From contig DASZJG010000010.1 of assembly GCA_035948315.1 (NCBI GenBank), positions 24,815-88,814 on the forward strand: a stretch of 64,000 bases of DNA. Reading direction: 5' to 3'. The DNA is from Pseudonocardiaceae bacterium. GTDB taxonomy: Bacteria > Actinomycetota > Actinomycetes > Mycobacteriales > Pseudonocardiaceae. This document shows positions 55,190-64,000 of this stretch, one piece after another. How positions within the stretch are numbered: position 1 is the first letter of the stretch; each line of letters starts with the position of its first letter. The notes beneath the pieces were generated by a model. That model had not been told where the DNA came from. It was given only the letters and a program-made list of their open reading frames with translations, and ran no database searches. The position numbers and the translations under genes were made by a program.

Positions 55190-56047
55190 ATGGCGGGGGC
55201 CGGGCCGCGGCCGAAGGTCACGAGGCGTCGCGAGGTGAGCCACACCAGCGCGCGTTCGGTGCTGATGACGGTACTCGGCGAATACGCGCTGCCCCGGCAG
55301 GTTCCGGTGTGGACCTCCACCTTGGTCGATGTGCTGGGCATCTTCGAGATCGAGGAGAAGTCCGCCCGCCAGGCGCTGTCCAGGGCCGCGGGCGAGGGCT
55401 GGCTGCGGTCCGAACGCATCGGCCGCCGGGTGCGCTGGTCGCTGACCGCGCCCGGCCGCAGGCTGCTCACCGAGGGCGCCGAGCGGATCTACGCCTTCGG
55501 CCGGGACCCGATCGACTGGGACGGGCAGTGGCTGATGCTGCTGGTCTCGGTGCCGGAATCCCAGCGTGAGCTGCGGCATCGGGTCCGCACCCAACTCACC
55601 TGGGCCGGCTTCGGCTCGCCCGCGCCCGGGGTGTGGGTCTGCCCGAACACCGGCCGGCAGGCCGAGGCGGACCGGATCGTCGCGGACCTGAAGGTCGGCT
55701 CGCCGGTGATGTCGTTCATCGCCTCCTACGGTGCGATCGGCGACGTGGGCGAGATGGTCTCGCGCGCCTGGGACCTGCGCGAACTCGAGGAACACTACGA
55801 GGCGTTCATCGACGAGTTCACCGGCCTCTCGCCGTCCTCCGGCCAGGACGTGTTGCAGGCGCAGACGCAACTGGTGCACGAGTGGCGCCGGTTCCCGTTC
55901 CTCGACCCCGGCCTGCCCCTGCCGCTGCTGCCGGCGAACTGGAGCGGCGCGCAGGCCGCCGAACTGTTCCACCGCAAGCACGCCGAGTGGCGCATCGGCG
56001 CGCAGCGCCACTGGGACGACCTGGTCCGCGCCGAACAGGCCGCCTGA
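55190..56047 (+). CDS. PaaX-family transcriptional regulator
   Basis: SARSVLMTVLGEY, EKSARQALSR, WDGQWL, LTWAGFG, WRRFPFLDPGLP..LLP.NW.G. Confidence 0.9.
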   Translation: MAGAGPRPKVTRRREVSHTSARSVLMTVLGEYALPRQVPVWTSTLVDVLGIFEIEEKSARQALSRAAGEGWLRSERIGRRVRWSLTAPGRRLLTEGAERIYAFGRDPIDWDGQWLMLLVSVPESQRELRHRVRTQLTWAGFGSPAPGVWVCPNTGRQAEADRIVADLKVGSPVMSFIASYGAIGDVGEMVSRAWDLRELEEHYEAFIDEFTGLSPSSGQDVLQAQTQLVHEWRRFPFLDPGLPLPLLPANWSGAQAAELFHRKHAEWRIGAQRHWDDLVRAEQAA

Positions 56048-56053
56048 ACCCGG

Positions 56054-57058
56054 TTACCGCTGGTGCAGCCGCCACATCGCGATGGCCAGGTGCAACCGAA
56101 GGCGCCCCTGCGGGTCCCGGATCGACCAGCCGAGCACGTGCTCCACGTGCCCGAGCCGTTCCTGCAACGTCGAGTGGTGCACGCGCAGCGTGGTAGCGGC
56201 CGTGCGCAGGCTGGGACTGGTGGCAACCGCGACCAGCGTGGCGAGCACCCACGGCGCGTCGGTTTTGGCCCGCTCGATCGCGTGCACGTCCGGGACGGGG
56301 TCGGTGTCCGGCCCGATCACGTCGGCCAGCACGGCCAGCCCGCCGAGCTGGTCGGCGTGCACGATCCGGGGCCCGGGATCCTGTGCGGTCTCGGCAGCGG
56401 TGAACCGCAGCGCGGTCCGCGCGCCCGACCACGACACCGGCAGGTCCACCACGTCCCCGATCGGCCCGATCCCCGCACGCCGGTCCGTCGACCGGCGTTT
56501 GCCCGGCCAACTCGCCCCGTCAGCCGACTCGACCCGACCGACCTCATTGATCAGGGCAACGGCTCTGACCTGCGCGTTCTCCGCGATGCCAAGCCTGTGG
56601 GCGATGGCCAGCCTGGTCTGTGCGGCCACGGCCGCGTCGAACAGGACCTCGACCGAGGCCGGATCCTCCAGCGCCTTCGAACGTCCCCTGGTCCGCTCCA
56701 GCACGGCCCGCGCGGCAGCGGCCGCCCGCTCCAGCACCATCGCGTCCACCGGCCCGGCTGGCCCGCCGCGTTCCAGCCACAGCACCGGCGGCCCGTCCTG
56801 CACCAGCGGCGCGCTCGGCCAGTCCGGATCGGGCAGGCCGATGTCGCCGCGGACCCGGCCGTGCACGTCGATCCGCACCTGCACCCGGCGTTGTTCGTCG
56901 ACGAGCCGCGCGGCGCAGCCGGCCAGCACGGCCGCGCCGCGCACGATCGGTTCGAGCCCGGCCCGGCCTTCGACGAGCCGATCGAAGTAGGCGATCACCT
57001 TGACCGCGGCGCCGGCATCAGGATCGACTCGCGCCAGCCGCCCGACGAGTTCCTGCAT
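56054..57058 (-). CDS. PucR/CdaR-like C-terminal HTH regulator
   Basis: MQELVGRLARVDPDA..AVKVIAYFD, SLRTAATTLRVHHSTLQERL. Confidence 0.8.
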   Translation of the reverse strand: MQELVGRLARVDPDAGAAVKVIAYFDRLVEGRAGLEPIVRGAAVLAGCAARLVDEQRRVQVRIDVHGRVRGDIGLPDPDWPSAPLVQDGPPVLWLERGGPAGPVDAMVLERAAAAARAVLERTRGRSKALEDPASVEVLFDAAVAAQTRLAIAHRLGIAENAQVRAVALINEVGRVESADGASWPGKRRSTDRRAGIGPIGDVVDLPVSWSGARTALRFTAAETAQDPGPRIVHADQLGGLAVLADVIGPDTDPVPDVHAIERAKTDAPWVLATLVAVATSPSLRTAATTLRVHHSTLQERLGHVEHVLGWSIRDPQGRLRLHLAIAMWRLHQR

Positions 57059-57100
57059 GACGCCATCGTCCTCTTCCGTACGCGCCCGCGCCCGGTCCGA

Positions 57101-58105
57101 TCAGTCGGCCAGGATTCGGCGCAGCCACGCCCTCGGCGCCTGGCCCGCGGCCTGGGACACGGCGGCCTGCGGCACGATCCCGCTGAACCCGTGAAATCCG
57201 CCCGGCCACACGTGCAGTTCGGCGATGCCGCCCGCCCGCCAGATCCGCGAGGCGTACTCGACGGCCTCGTCCCGGAACGTCTCCGCCGACCCCACGTCGA
57301 TGAACGCGGGCGGCAACCCGGACAGATCCGTCGCCCGAGCCGGCGCCGCGTACGGCGACACATCGTCCCCGCCCTGCGCATCGCCGAGCAAGGCCGACCA
57401 GCCGAACTGGTTGGCCGTCTGGTCCCACAGTCCCACACCGGCCATCTGCCGCGCGGAGTACGTGTCGTTGCGGTCGTCCAGCATCGGACACAGGAGCAGC
57501 TGGCCGAGCAGCGCCGGGCCGCCCCGGTCCTTGGCCAGCAACGCGGTCGCCGCGGTCAGGCCGCCACCCGCGCTGCCGCCCGCGATCACCACGCGCGCCG
57601 GGTCGACACCCAGTTCCTCGGCGTGCTCGACCGTCCACAACAGACCCGCGTAGCAGTCGTCGACCGGCGCCGGATGCGGATGTTCGGGCGCCAGCCGGTA
57701 CTCGACCGACACGACCGCGACACCCAATTCTTCCGCGACACCAAGGAAATTCGCCAATCCCGTGAACCGGTCGCCCACGACCATGCCGCCGCCGTGCACG
57801 AAGTAGATCACGCCGACGGGCGGCGGCGCGTTGTTCGGTCGGCAGATCAGCAATGTGATGTCGGGCGCGCCATCCGGTCCGGACACCTCGCGCTCGGACA
57901 CGGTGAACGCGCCATCGCGCGTCAGGTCGGCGTCGGGGTCGAGCAGGAAGTCCGCCATCTCGTCGCGCAGCGCACGGGCCGTCGCGACGGCGTCGCCACC
58001 CCGCGCCAGCATGCGACCGATGTCCGGCATCTTCTCGCCTGCGATCGCGATGGCCGCGGCCAACTCGGGGTCGAACGGGGGCGGAGGGCCGATCACGTCG
58101 GTCAT
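57101..58105 (-). CDS. HSL-family alpha/beta hydrolase (esterase), copy A
   Basis: VHGGG, VEYRLAPEHP, GGSAGG, ETFRDE, GGFHGF. Confidence 0.9.
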   Translation of the reverse strand: MTDVIGPPPPFDPELAAAIAIAGEKMPDIGRMLARGGDAVATARALRDEMADFLLDPDADLTRDGAFTVSEREVSGPDGAPDITLLICRPNNAPPPVGVIYFVHGGGMVVGDRFTGLANFLGVAEELGVAVVSVEYRLAPEHPHPAPVDDCYAGLLWTVEHAEELGVDPARVVIAGGSAGGGLTAATALLAKDRGGPALLGQLLLCPMLDDRNDTYSARQMAGVGLWDQTANQFGWSALLGDAQGGDDVSPYAAPARATDLSGLPPAFIDVGSAETFRDEAVEYASRIWRAGGIAELHVWPGGFHGFSGIVPQAAVSQAAGQAPRAWLRRILAD

Positions 58106-58125
58106 GACAGCATCCTTCCCTGTGC

Positions 58126-59139
58126 TCAGGCGCCGATGATCCGACGCAGCCATGGCGCGACCGCCGCCTTCGCGGTCTGCGAGATCGCGGCCTGCCCCGC
58201 CAACAGCACGAACCCGTGGAACCCGCCCGGCCACACATGTAGTTCGGCGATGCCGCCCGCCCGCCAGATCCGCGAGGCATAGTCGACCGCCTCGTCCCGG
58301 AACGTCTCCGCCGACCCCACGTCGATGAAAGCCGGCGGCAACCCGGACAGATCCGTCGCCCGAGCCGGCGCCGCATACGGCGACACGTCGTCGCCGCCCT
58401 GCGCGTCGCCGAGCAACGCCGACCAGCCGACCTGGTTGAAGCTGATATCCCACACGCCAAGCCCGGCCATCTGACGCGCGGAGTACGTGTCGTTGCGGTC
58501 GTCCAGCATCGGGCACAGCAACAGTTGGCCGACCAGCGCCGGACCGCCCCGATCGCGGGCCAACAAGGCCGTCGCGGCGGCGAGGCCACCGCCCGCGCTC
58601 GCGCCCGACACCACCAGCCGGTTCGGGTCGACGCCCAACTCGTCCGCGTGCTCGACCGTCCACAACAGACCCGCGTAGCAGTCCTCGACCGGTGCGGGAT
58701 GCGGATGGTCCGGCGCCAGCCGGTATTCCACCGAGATCACCGCGAGGCCGAGTTCCGCGGCCACCTCCAGCACGTCGGCCATGCCCTGGCCCCGGTTGGT
58801 ACCCATGATCATGCCGCCGCCGTGGATGAAATACAGCGCGGGCACCGCGACCGTCGCCGAGGCCGGGCGGCAGATCAGCAGCGGGACCTCCGGCGCGCCC
58901 GCCGGGCCGGGCACCGTCCGCTCGATCACGTCGAACGTGCCGCCCAGGCTGATCTCGTCATCGGTCAGGTCCGGCAACTCGGCTCGGGCAGCGCGGAACA
59001 TCGGCAGCATCTCGGCGGTGAACGTCGCCGGCATGCGCTCCCTGATCACGTCCAGCGCGGCGGCCAGTTCCGGGTCGAAGGGCACCGGCGGGCCGATCCG
59101 CACCGCATCCGATTCTGGGCTGGGCACCGTGGTCGTCAT
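58126..59139 (-). CDS. HSL-family alpha/beta hydrolase (esterase), copy B
   Basis: IHGGG, VEYRLAPDHP, GASAGG, ETFRDE, GGFHGF. Confidence 0.9.
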   Translation of the reverse strand: MTTTVPSPESDAVRIGPPVPFDPELAAALDVIRERMPATFTAEMLPMFRAARAELPDLTDDEISLGGTFDVIERTVPGPAGAPEVPLLICRPASATVAVPALYFIHGGGMIMGTNRGQGMADVLEVAAELGLAVISVEYRLAPDHPHPAPVEDCYAGLLWTVEHADELGVDPNRLVVSGASAGGGLAAATALLARDRGGPALVGQLLLCPMLDDRNDTYSARQMAGLGVWDISFNQVGWSALLGDAQGGDDVSPYAAPARATDLSGLPPAFIDVGSAETFRDEAVDYASRIWRAGGIAELHVWPGGFHGFVLLAGQAAISQTAKAAVAPWLRRIIGA

Positions 59140-59192
59140 CTGCCCATCTTCTGGCGGGAAGTCCCGCCGCGCATCGCGCCAGTCGGCGGGAA

Positions 59193-60206
59193 TCACCCGC
59201 CAACTGGCGGTTCAGCCGCGTGCTCCCGTTCCCCGCGCTCCGCAACGGGTTCGGCCTGCTCAGCGTGTTCTTCGCCGGGCTCGGCCTGCTCGGCTTCCGG
59301 TTCCGGTTCGTCCGCGCTCTCGGCATCCTCGGCGTCGGCATCAGCTTCGGCCGAGTCCGGCTTCGGCGCGTCGTCGACCGGTTCGACCGGGTCAACCGGC
59401 ATCGGCCTGCGTTGCAGCAGCACGAACCAGATGATGCCGATCACCGTCAGCACGGCGGCCACGAAGAAGTTCAGTCGCAGGCCCAGGAAGTACTGCGAGT
59501 AGTCCACCCGCAGCGACTCCTCGAAGATCCGGAACGCCGAGTAGCCGGTCACGTAGAGCGCGAACAGGCCCTGCGGCCGGATGTTGCGGTGATGGCCCAG
59601 CCACACCAGGAACGCGGCGAGCGCGACATCCCAGATCAGCTCGTAGAGGAAGGTCGGGTGGAACGTGGCGTTCTCCAGGTAACCCGGCGGCCGGTACTGC
59701 GGATCGATCTGCAACGCCCACGGCAGCGAGGTCGGACCACCGAACAGTTCCTGGTTGAAGTAGTTGCCCACCCGGCCGATGGCCTGCGCGACCAGGATCG
59801 CCGGGGCCACCGCGTCCATGAACCTGCCGACCGAGGCCCCGGTCCGCCGCACCCGCCAGATGCCGACCACCGCGGCGAGCGCGACCCCGCCCCAGATGCC
59901 CAGGCCGCCCTGCCAGACCGCGAACACGCCCCACCAGTGCGGCGGGATCTCGGCGGGCGTGGTGATGTCGAAGTAGATCCGACCGCCGATGATGCCGGCC
60001 GGCACGCCCCACAGCGCGACCTCGTCCACCAGGTCGACCGAGCCGCCCAGCGCCCGCCAGCGGCGACGCGCGATGTAGATCGCCAACGCGATCCCGACCA
60101 CGTACATCAGGCCGTAGAAGCGGATGTACAGCGGCCCGAGATAGAAGCCGTTGATCGACGGGCTCGGGATGCTCGCGTGCGGCAGCAGCAGGCTCTGGGC
60201 AATCAC
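59193..60206 (-). CDS. lgt: Prolipoprotein diacylglyceryl transferase
   Basis: LGPLYIRFYGL, GIIGGRIY, WQGGLGIWG, QAIGRVGNYFNQELFG, HPTFLYE; acidic C-terminal tail. Confidence 0.9.
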   Translation of the reverse strand: MIAQSLLLPHASIPSPSINGFYLGPLYIRFYGLMYVVGIALAIYIARRRWRALGGSVDLVDEVALWGVPAGIIGGRIYFDITTPAEIPPHWWGVFAVWQGGLGIWGGVALAAVVGIWRVRRTGASVGRFMDAVAPAILVAQAIGRVGNYFNQELFGGPTSLPWALQIDPQYRPPGYLENATFHPTFLYELIWDVALAAFLVWLGHHRNIRPQGLFALYVTGYSAFRIFEESLRVDYSQYFLGLRLNFFVAAVLTVIGIIWFVLLQRRPMPVDPVEPVDDAPKPDSAEADADAEDAESADEPEPEAEQAEPGEEHAEQAEPVAERGEREHAAEPPVGG

Positions 60207-60380
60207 CCGGTGCACGATAGTCGGGGGCCGGGGGTCAGGTGCTGACCAGGGGCGAACGAGCAGGTCTCAATCCGGAACCGGGCGGGTGGACCGGAGGTGA
60301 CCGAGCCGCGATGTGGGAAAGTCATAGGTTTCCTGTCCAGCCATGAGGTGGATCGGAGCCCGAGGGGTTACAACTGAGGG

Positions 60381-60923
60381 ATGGTGACGCGCCGAGCGCG
60401 GACGCGGCTGCCGGAAACCGGCGGCGGCTGCTGGCTGCACCCGGCCGTCGACGTCCGGTACTCGCCGATCTCCGGCCGTGGCCTGTTCACCAGCGAGAAC
60501 ATCGTGGCCGGCGTCGTGGTCGCCACTCTGGCCGGCCGGCTGGTCGACAGCGCGGAACTACACCGGCTGCTGCGGGTCGCGTTGCGCGAACACCGGTACC
60601 TGGACGCCGTCAACATCGACGACGACGTGCACCTGATCCTGCCGGCCGACGCGCCGATCCACTACGGCAACCACAGCTGTGACCCGAGCATCTGGCACGC
60701 GGGCGCCTACACCCTCGTCGCCCGCCGCGACCTCACGCCGGACACCGAACTGACCGTCGACTATGCGACGCAGACCGCGGAACCGGAATTCCGGATGCCC
60801 TGCAACTGCGGCGCGCCGGACTGCCGTGGCGTGGTCACCGGCGGCGACTGGCAACGGCCGGGCTGGGCGCTGCGCTACCGAGGCCACGTGGTGCCCGCGG
60901 TCGCGACGCGATTGGGCAGCTGA
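60381..60923 (+). CDS. SET-domain protein with post-SET cysteines
   Basis: SPISGRGLF, NHSCDPS, ARRDL...ELTVDYA, CNCGAPDCRG. Confidence 0.9.
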   Translation: MVTRRARTRLPETGGGCWLHPAVDVRYSPISGRGLFTSENIVAGVVVATLAGRLVDSAELHRLLRVALREHRYLDAVNIDDDVHLILPADAPIHYGNHSCDPSIWHAGAYTLVARRDLTPDTELTVDYATQTAEPEFRMPCNCGAPDCRGVVTGGDWQRPGWALRYRGHVVPAVATRLGS

Positions 60924-60998
60924 ACGGCCGTTCGCCAAACCGGGCCGCTGCTCGGCCGTAGGGAACCCGATCGGGTGACGACGCGTTGATCGGGCGGG

Positions 60999-62003
60999 AT
61001 GAGGTGGGCGGCGGAGCGGATCGCGGCGGTCGGGGAGCTGACCGCGGTGCACACGGTGGCGTCCGGGTTCGGCATGACCTGGGCGGTCGGCATGGTGCGC
61101 AGCAAGGACGACATCGGCACTGCGGTGTTTCGCCGGGACGGCGACGGTTGGCGGCAGGTGTCGGCGCCGGACATCGGGCACGTGCGCCGCGCGGTGATCG
61201 CCTCCGCCGCGGACGTGTGGACGGTCGGGCTGGGGCGTTGCCTGCACTGGGACGGTCGGCGCTGGCACGAGGTGCCGATGCCGAACCGGCGCGACGAGCG
61301 CACCGTCCTCGCCGAGTTCACCGCGTTCGGCCCGGACGCCGTGTACTGCGTCGGCCAGGCGACCCGGCTCAATGATCCGTGGCTCGCCAGGGGCGTGGTC
61401 CGCCGCTGGGACGGCGCGCGCTGGAGCGAGTTGGCGATGCCGGACATCGGTCGGTACTGGGGTCTGTTCGGGGTGGACGGAACGTCCTCCGAGGACATCT
61501 GGGCGGTCGGCACGGACGCCGAGCAGCCGGTGATCCTGCACTGGGACGGCCGCGACTGGACGCGGATGCCGATCCCGCCGACCGGACCGGGCTGGGGCCA
61601 GTTGACGGACGTGGTCGCGCTGGCCCCGCACGACGTGTGGGCGACGGGCGGGCTGAACACCCGGCCCGGAACACGCGCGTTACGGCGTTCGGCGCGGGCG
61701 TTGGCGATGCACTGGGACGGGCGGCACTGGACGTTGGCGCGCCCGCCCGCCGATTCGGTCCGGGTCGACCAGTTGATCAGCGGCGACGGGCAGATCTGGG
61801 CGTTGGGCCGAACCGGGCAGGACACGGACATCGAGTCGTACCTGGGCCGGTGGGACGGGTCGCGGTGGCATTCGGTGCGCGCGCCGGACTCGTTTGTGCT
61901 GCACGGCGGCACCGCGCTGCCGGACGGCTCGGGCATGCTCGTGGTCGGGCACAGCATGCTCGGCTCGGCACGGTCGCCGCTGGTCGCGGCGTATCACTGG
62001 TAG
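60999..62003 (+). CDS. WDG-repeat (beta-propeller-like) hypothetical protein
   Basis: Five repeats of (H/R)WDG-x-x-W preceded by D(V/I)W(A/T)VG-like strands. Confidence 0.7.
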   Translation: MRWAAERIAAVGELTAVHTVASGFGMTWAVGMVRSKDDIGTAVFRRDGDGWRQVSAPDIGHVRRAVIASAADVWTVGLGRCLHWDGRRWHEVPMPNRRDERTVLAEFTAFGPDAVYCVGQATRLNDPWLARGVVRRWDGARWSELAMPDIGRYWGLFGVDGTSSEDIWAVGTDAEQPVILHWDGRDWTRMPIPPTGPGWGQLTDVVALAPHDVWATGGLNTRPGTRALRRSARALAMHWDGRHWTLARPPADSVRVDQLISGDGQIWALGRTGQDTDIESYLGRWDGSRWHSVRAPDSFVLHGGTALPDGSGMLVVGHSMLGSARSPLVAAYHW

Positions 62004-62905
62004 TCGAGCAACGCGGTAGCGCCAACGGCGACGGCTCGCTCGCCCAGCACGGAACGCCGGATGGCGACCGGTTCGTCGGACAGCAGCGGCTGCGCCCGCA
62101 ACGCCGCGAGCAGCGGCTTTTCCAGCAGTGGCCACGCGCGGAGCACGCCGCCGCCGAGGATGGCCAGATCGACGCCGAGCAGGCCGCCCGCCTGGGCGAT
62201 CGCGCTGCCGAGATACTGGCCGGCCCGTTCGAAGACCTCGACAGCGACCGGGTCGCCGCGCAGCGCCGCGTCGGCGACCGCGCCCGCGTCGGGCACGACG
62301 AGTCCGCTTGCATGGGCATATCGCCTGGTCAGCGACGTGCCGGAGGCGTACGCCTCAAGGTGGCCGGTGCGACCGCAGGAGCAGGGCTCGGGCCCGAAGT
62401 CGCCGACGTGGCCGATCTCACCGGCGCCGGTCGGCCCGCCGTGCAGCAGTCGGCCGTCGACGTAGAGGGCGCCGCCGACGCCGGTGCCGATGGTGACCGC
62501 GAGCGCGTGCCGTGGCCGGCCAGCCTCGGCCAGTTCGCCCAGGAGGAAGGCGTTCACGTCGTTGTCGGCACGCACCGGCACACCGCCCAGCCGCACTGAG
62601 AGGTCCGCGTTGATCGCGGTGCCGGCCCAGCCGTCGAAGGCGTTGCCGGTGTTGACGACCACTCCGTCCGCCGGGTCGATCACCCCGGCCGCGCCGACGC
62701 CGACCCCGACCAGTTCGCCATCGACCCGGCCGGTCAGCGCGCGCACCAGGGCCGCCGATGTGTCCAGAATGGACGCACCGCCGGCCTTGGCCGGGGTCGG
62801 CGCGGTCGCGGTGGCGAGCACGGTCGGATCGTGTTCGGCGCACAGCACGGCCAGGATCTTGGTACCGCCGATGTCGACACCGGCACGGAATTTCCGTTCG
62901 GTCAC
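61994..62905 (-). CDS. ROK-family sugar kinase
   Basis: GVDIGGTKI, DNDVNA, TIGTGVGG, AGEIGH, CSCGRTGHLEAYASG. Confidence 0.9.
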   Translation of the reverse strand: MTERKFRAGVDIGGTKILAVLCAEHDPTVLATATAPTPAKAGGASILDTSAALVRALTGRVDGELVGVGVGAAGVIDPADGVVVNTGNAFDGWAGTAINADLSVRLGGVPVRADNDVNAFLLGELAEAGRPRHALAVTIGTGVGGALYVDGRLLHGGPTGAGEIGHVGDFGPEPCSCGRTGHLEAYASGTSLTRRYAHASGLVVPDAGAVADAALRGDPVAVEVFERAGQYLGSAIAQAGGLLGVDLAILGGGVLRAWPLLEKPLLAALRAQPLLSDEPVAIRRSVLGERAVAVGATALLDYQ

Positions 62906-64000
62906 GCGGCGAGCCGTTTCCTCCGCCGCTCACGCTGCTGCGCCGGGTCGGGCACGGGCGAGGACAGCAGCAGCGACGCGGTGTACGGGTGCTTCGGGGT
63001 GCGCAGCACCTCACCGGTCGGTCCCTGCTCGACGATCTGACCGGCGCGCATGACGGCAACGCGGTCGCACAGACTGTCCACAACGGCCAGATCGTGGCTG
63101 ATGAACAGGCAGCCGAACCCGTACCGTTCGTGCAGGTTGACCAGCACGTCGAGCACGGCCGCCTGCACGGACACGTCGAGCGCGCTGGTCGGCTCGTCGG
63201 CGATCAGCAGGTCGGGGCCCAGCACGAGCGCGCGGGCCAGGCTGACCCGTTGCCGCTGTCCGCCCGACAGTTCGTGGCCGTAGCGGGACAGCAGCGACTC
63301 GGGCAGTTCGACCGCGTCGAGCAGTTCGGACACCTTGGCCAGGCGGTCCCGACGACTCGCCGACGTGTGCACCACCAGTGGTTCGGCGATCGTCTGGGCG
63401 ACGGTCATCCTCGGGTCGAGCGAGGAGGCCGGGTCCTGGAAGACCGCGCCGATCCGGCGCCGGATCGCCTTGGCCGAGCGACCGGTACGACGCGGGAGCG
63501 GACCGCCGAACAGGCTGATCTGGCCGGATTTCGGGCTGACCAGGCCGAGCGCGCAGTTGCCGATGGTGGTCTTGCCCGAGCCGGATTCGCCGACCAGGCC
63601 GAGGATCTCCCCCGCGCCGACCGACAGCGACACCGAGTCGACGGCGCGTTTGCTGCCGCCGTAGTCGACGACCAGGTCGGTCATGGCGAGAACCGGTTGG
63701 TCGACGGGTTCGACTGCGGCTTCGTGCTCGTGTTCGCCGAGATGCGGGACGGCGGCCAGCAGCGTGCTGGTGTAGTCGGCGCTCGGCGACTCGAACAGCG
63801 TCGCGGTCTTCGCTTCTTCGACGACACGACCGGCGCGCATGACGAGCACCCGATCGGCGATGTCCGCGACCACACCCATGTTGTGCGTGATCAGCAGCGT
63901 CGCCGTGCCCTCGGTGTCGCGGATGTCGCGCAGCAGGTCGAGGATCTGCTGCTGCACGGTGACATCGAGCGCGGTGGTGGGCTCGTCGGCGATGATCAGT
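62902..64000 (-). CDS. Dipeptide/oligopeptide ABC ATPase with two NBDs (5' part outside window)
   Basis: First NBD Walker B IIADEPTTALD at the window edge; second NBD GESGSGKT, LSGGQRQR, PKHPYT. Confidence 0.9.
   Translation of the reverse strand, partial: LIIADEPTTALDVTVQQQILDLLRDIRDTEGTATLLITHNMGVVADIADRVLVMRAGRVVEEAKTATLFESPSADYTSTLLAAVPHLGEHEHEAAVEPVDQPVLAMTDLVVDYGGSKRAVDSVSLSVGAGEILGLVGESGSGKTTIGNCALGLVSPKSGQISLFGGPLPRRTGRSAKAIRRRIGAVFQDPASSLDPRMTVAQTIAEPLVVHTSASRRDRLAKVSELLDAVELPESLLSRYGHELSGGQRQRVSLARALVLGPDLLIADEPTSALDVSVQAAVLDVLVNLHERYGFGCLFISHDLAVVDSLCDRVAVMRAGQIVEQGPTGEVLRTPKHPYTASLLLSSPVPDPAQQRERRRKRLAA

Noticed and set aside
1-64000. Mobile elements, prophage or defence systems
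   Set aside because: No transposase, integrase, phage, restriction, toxin-antitoxin or cas motifs were recognised in any plausible ORF.

Overview
High-GC actinomycete chromosomal region, probably Pseudonocardiales-like (inferred from gene content and codon bias). It holds about 63 real genes. I saw no rRNA, complete tRNA, CRISPR array, transposase or integrase. Most long extra ORFs in the track are antisense or frame shadows. Left to right: partial arginase; stand-alone murJ; membrane and small proteins; a secreted carbohydrate-active block (Tat-exported GH116, CsxA-like GH2, a frameshifted polysaccharide deacetylase, GH88/105); MarR-ABC; tricorn protease; carboxylesterase, SnoaL and YceI genes; ABC-2 with XRE; a LysR-CoA transferase-adc-HADH-ACAD catabolic operon; an SDR-VOC-queA operon divergent from a GAF kinase/LuxR pair; a solo TipAS domain; F420 LLM, SRPBCC and HxlR genes; ECF sigma with partner; MFS, TetR and lipase genes; DeoR-MFS-YnfA; a flavin monooxygenase; MarR-double ABC-DIP1984; PaaX, PucR and two tandem esterases; lgt; a SET-domain protein; a WDG-repeat protein; a ROK kinase; a partial peptide ABC ATPase. 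The best novelty candidate is a ~210-nt structured non-coding element (50003-50212, minus strand) starting 4 nt after the stop of a DIP1984-family gene. It has two nested long-range stems, a tRNA-type T-loop hairpin and clustered GCAC repeats, suggesting an uncharacterised protein-RNA module. Also notable: a 27-aa internally deleted hydrolase remnant, a one-base frameshift in the deacetylase, unannotated small proteins and several readable operators and promoters. All family assignments come from motif recognition by eye, not database searches.
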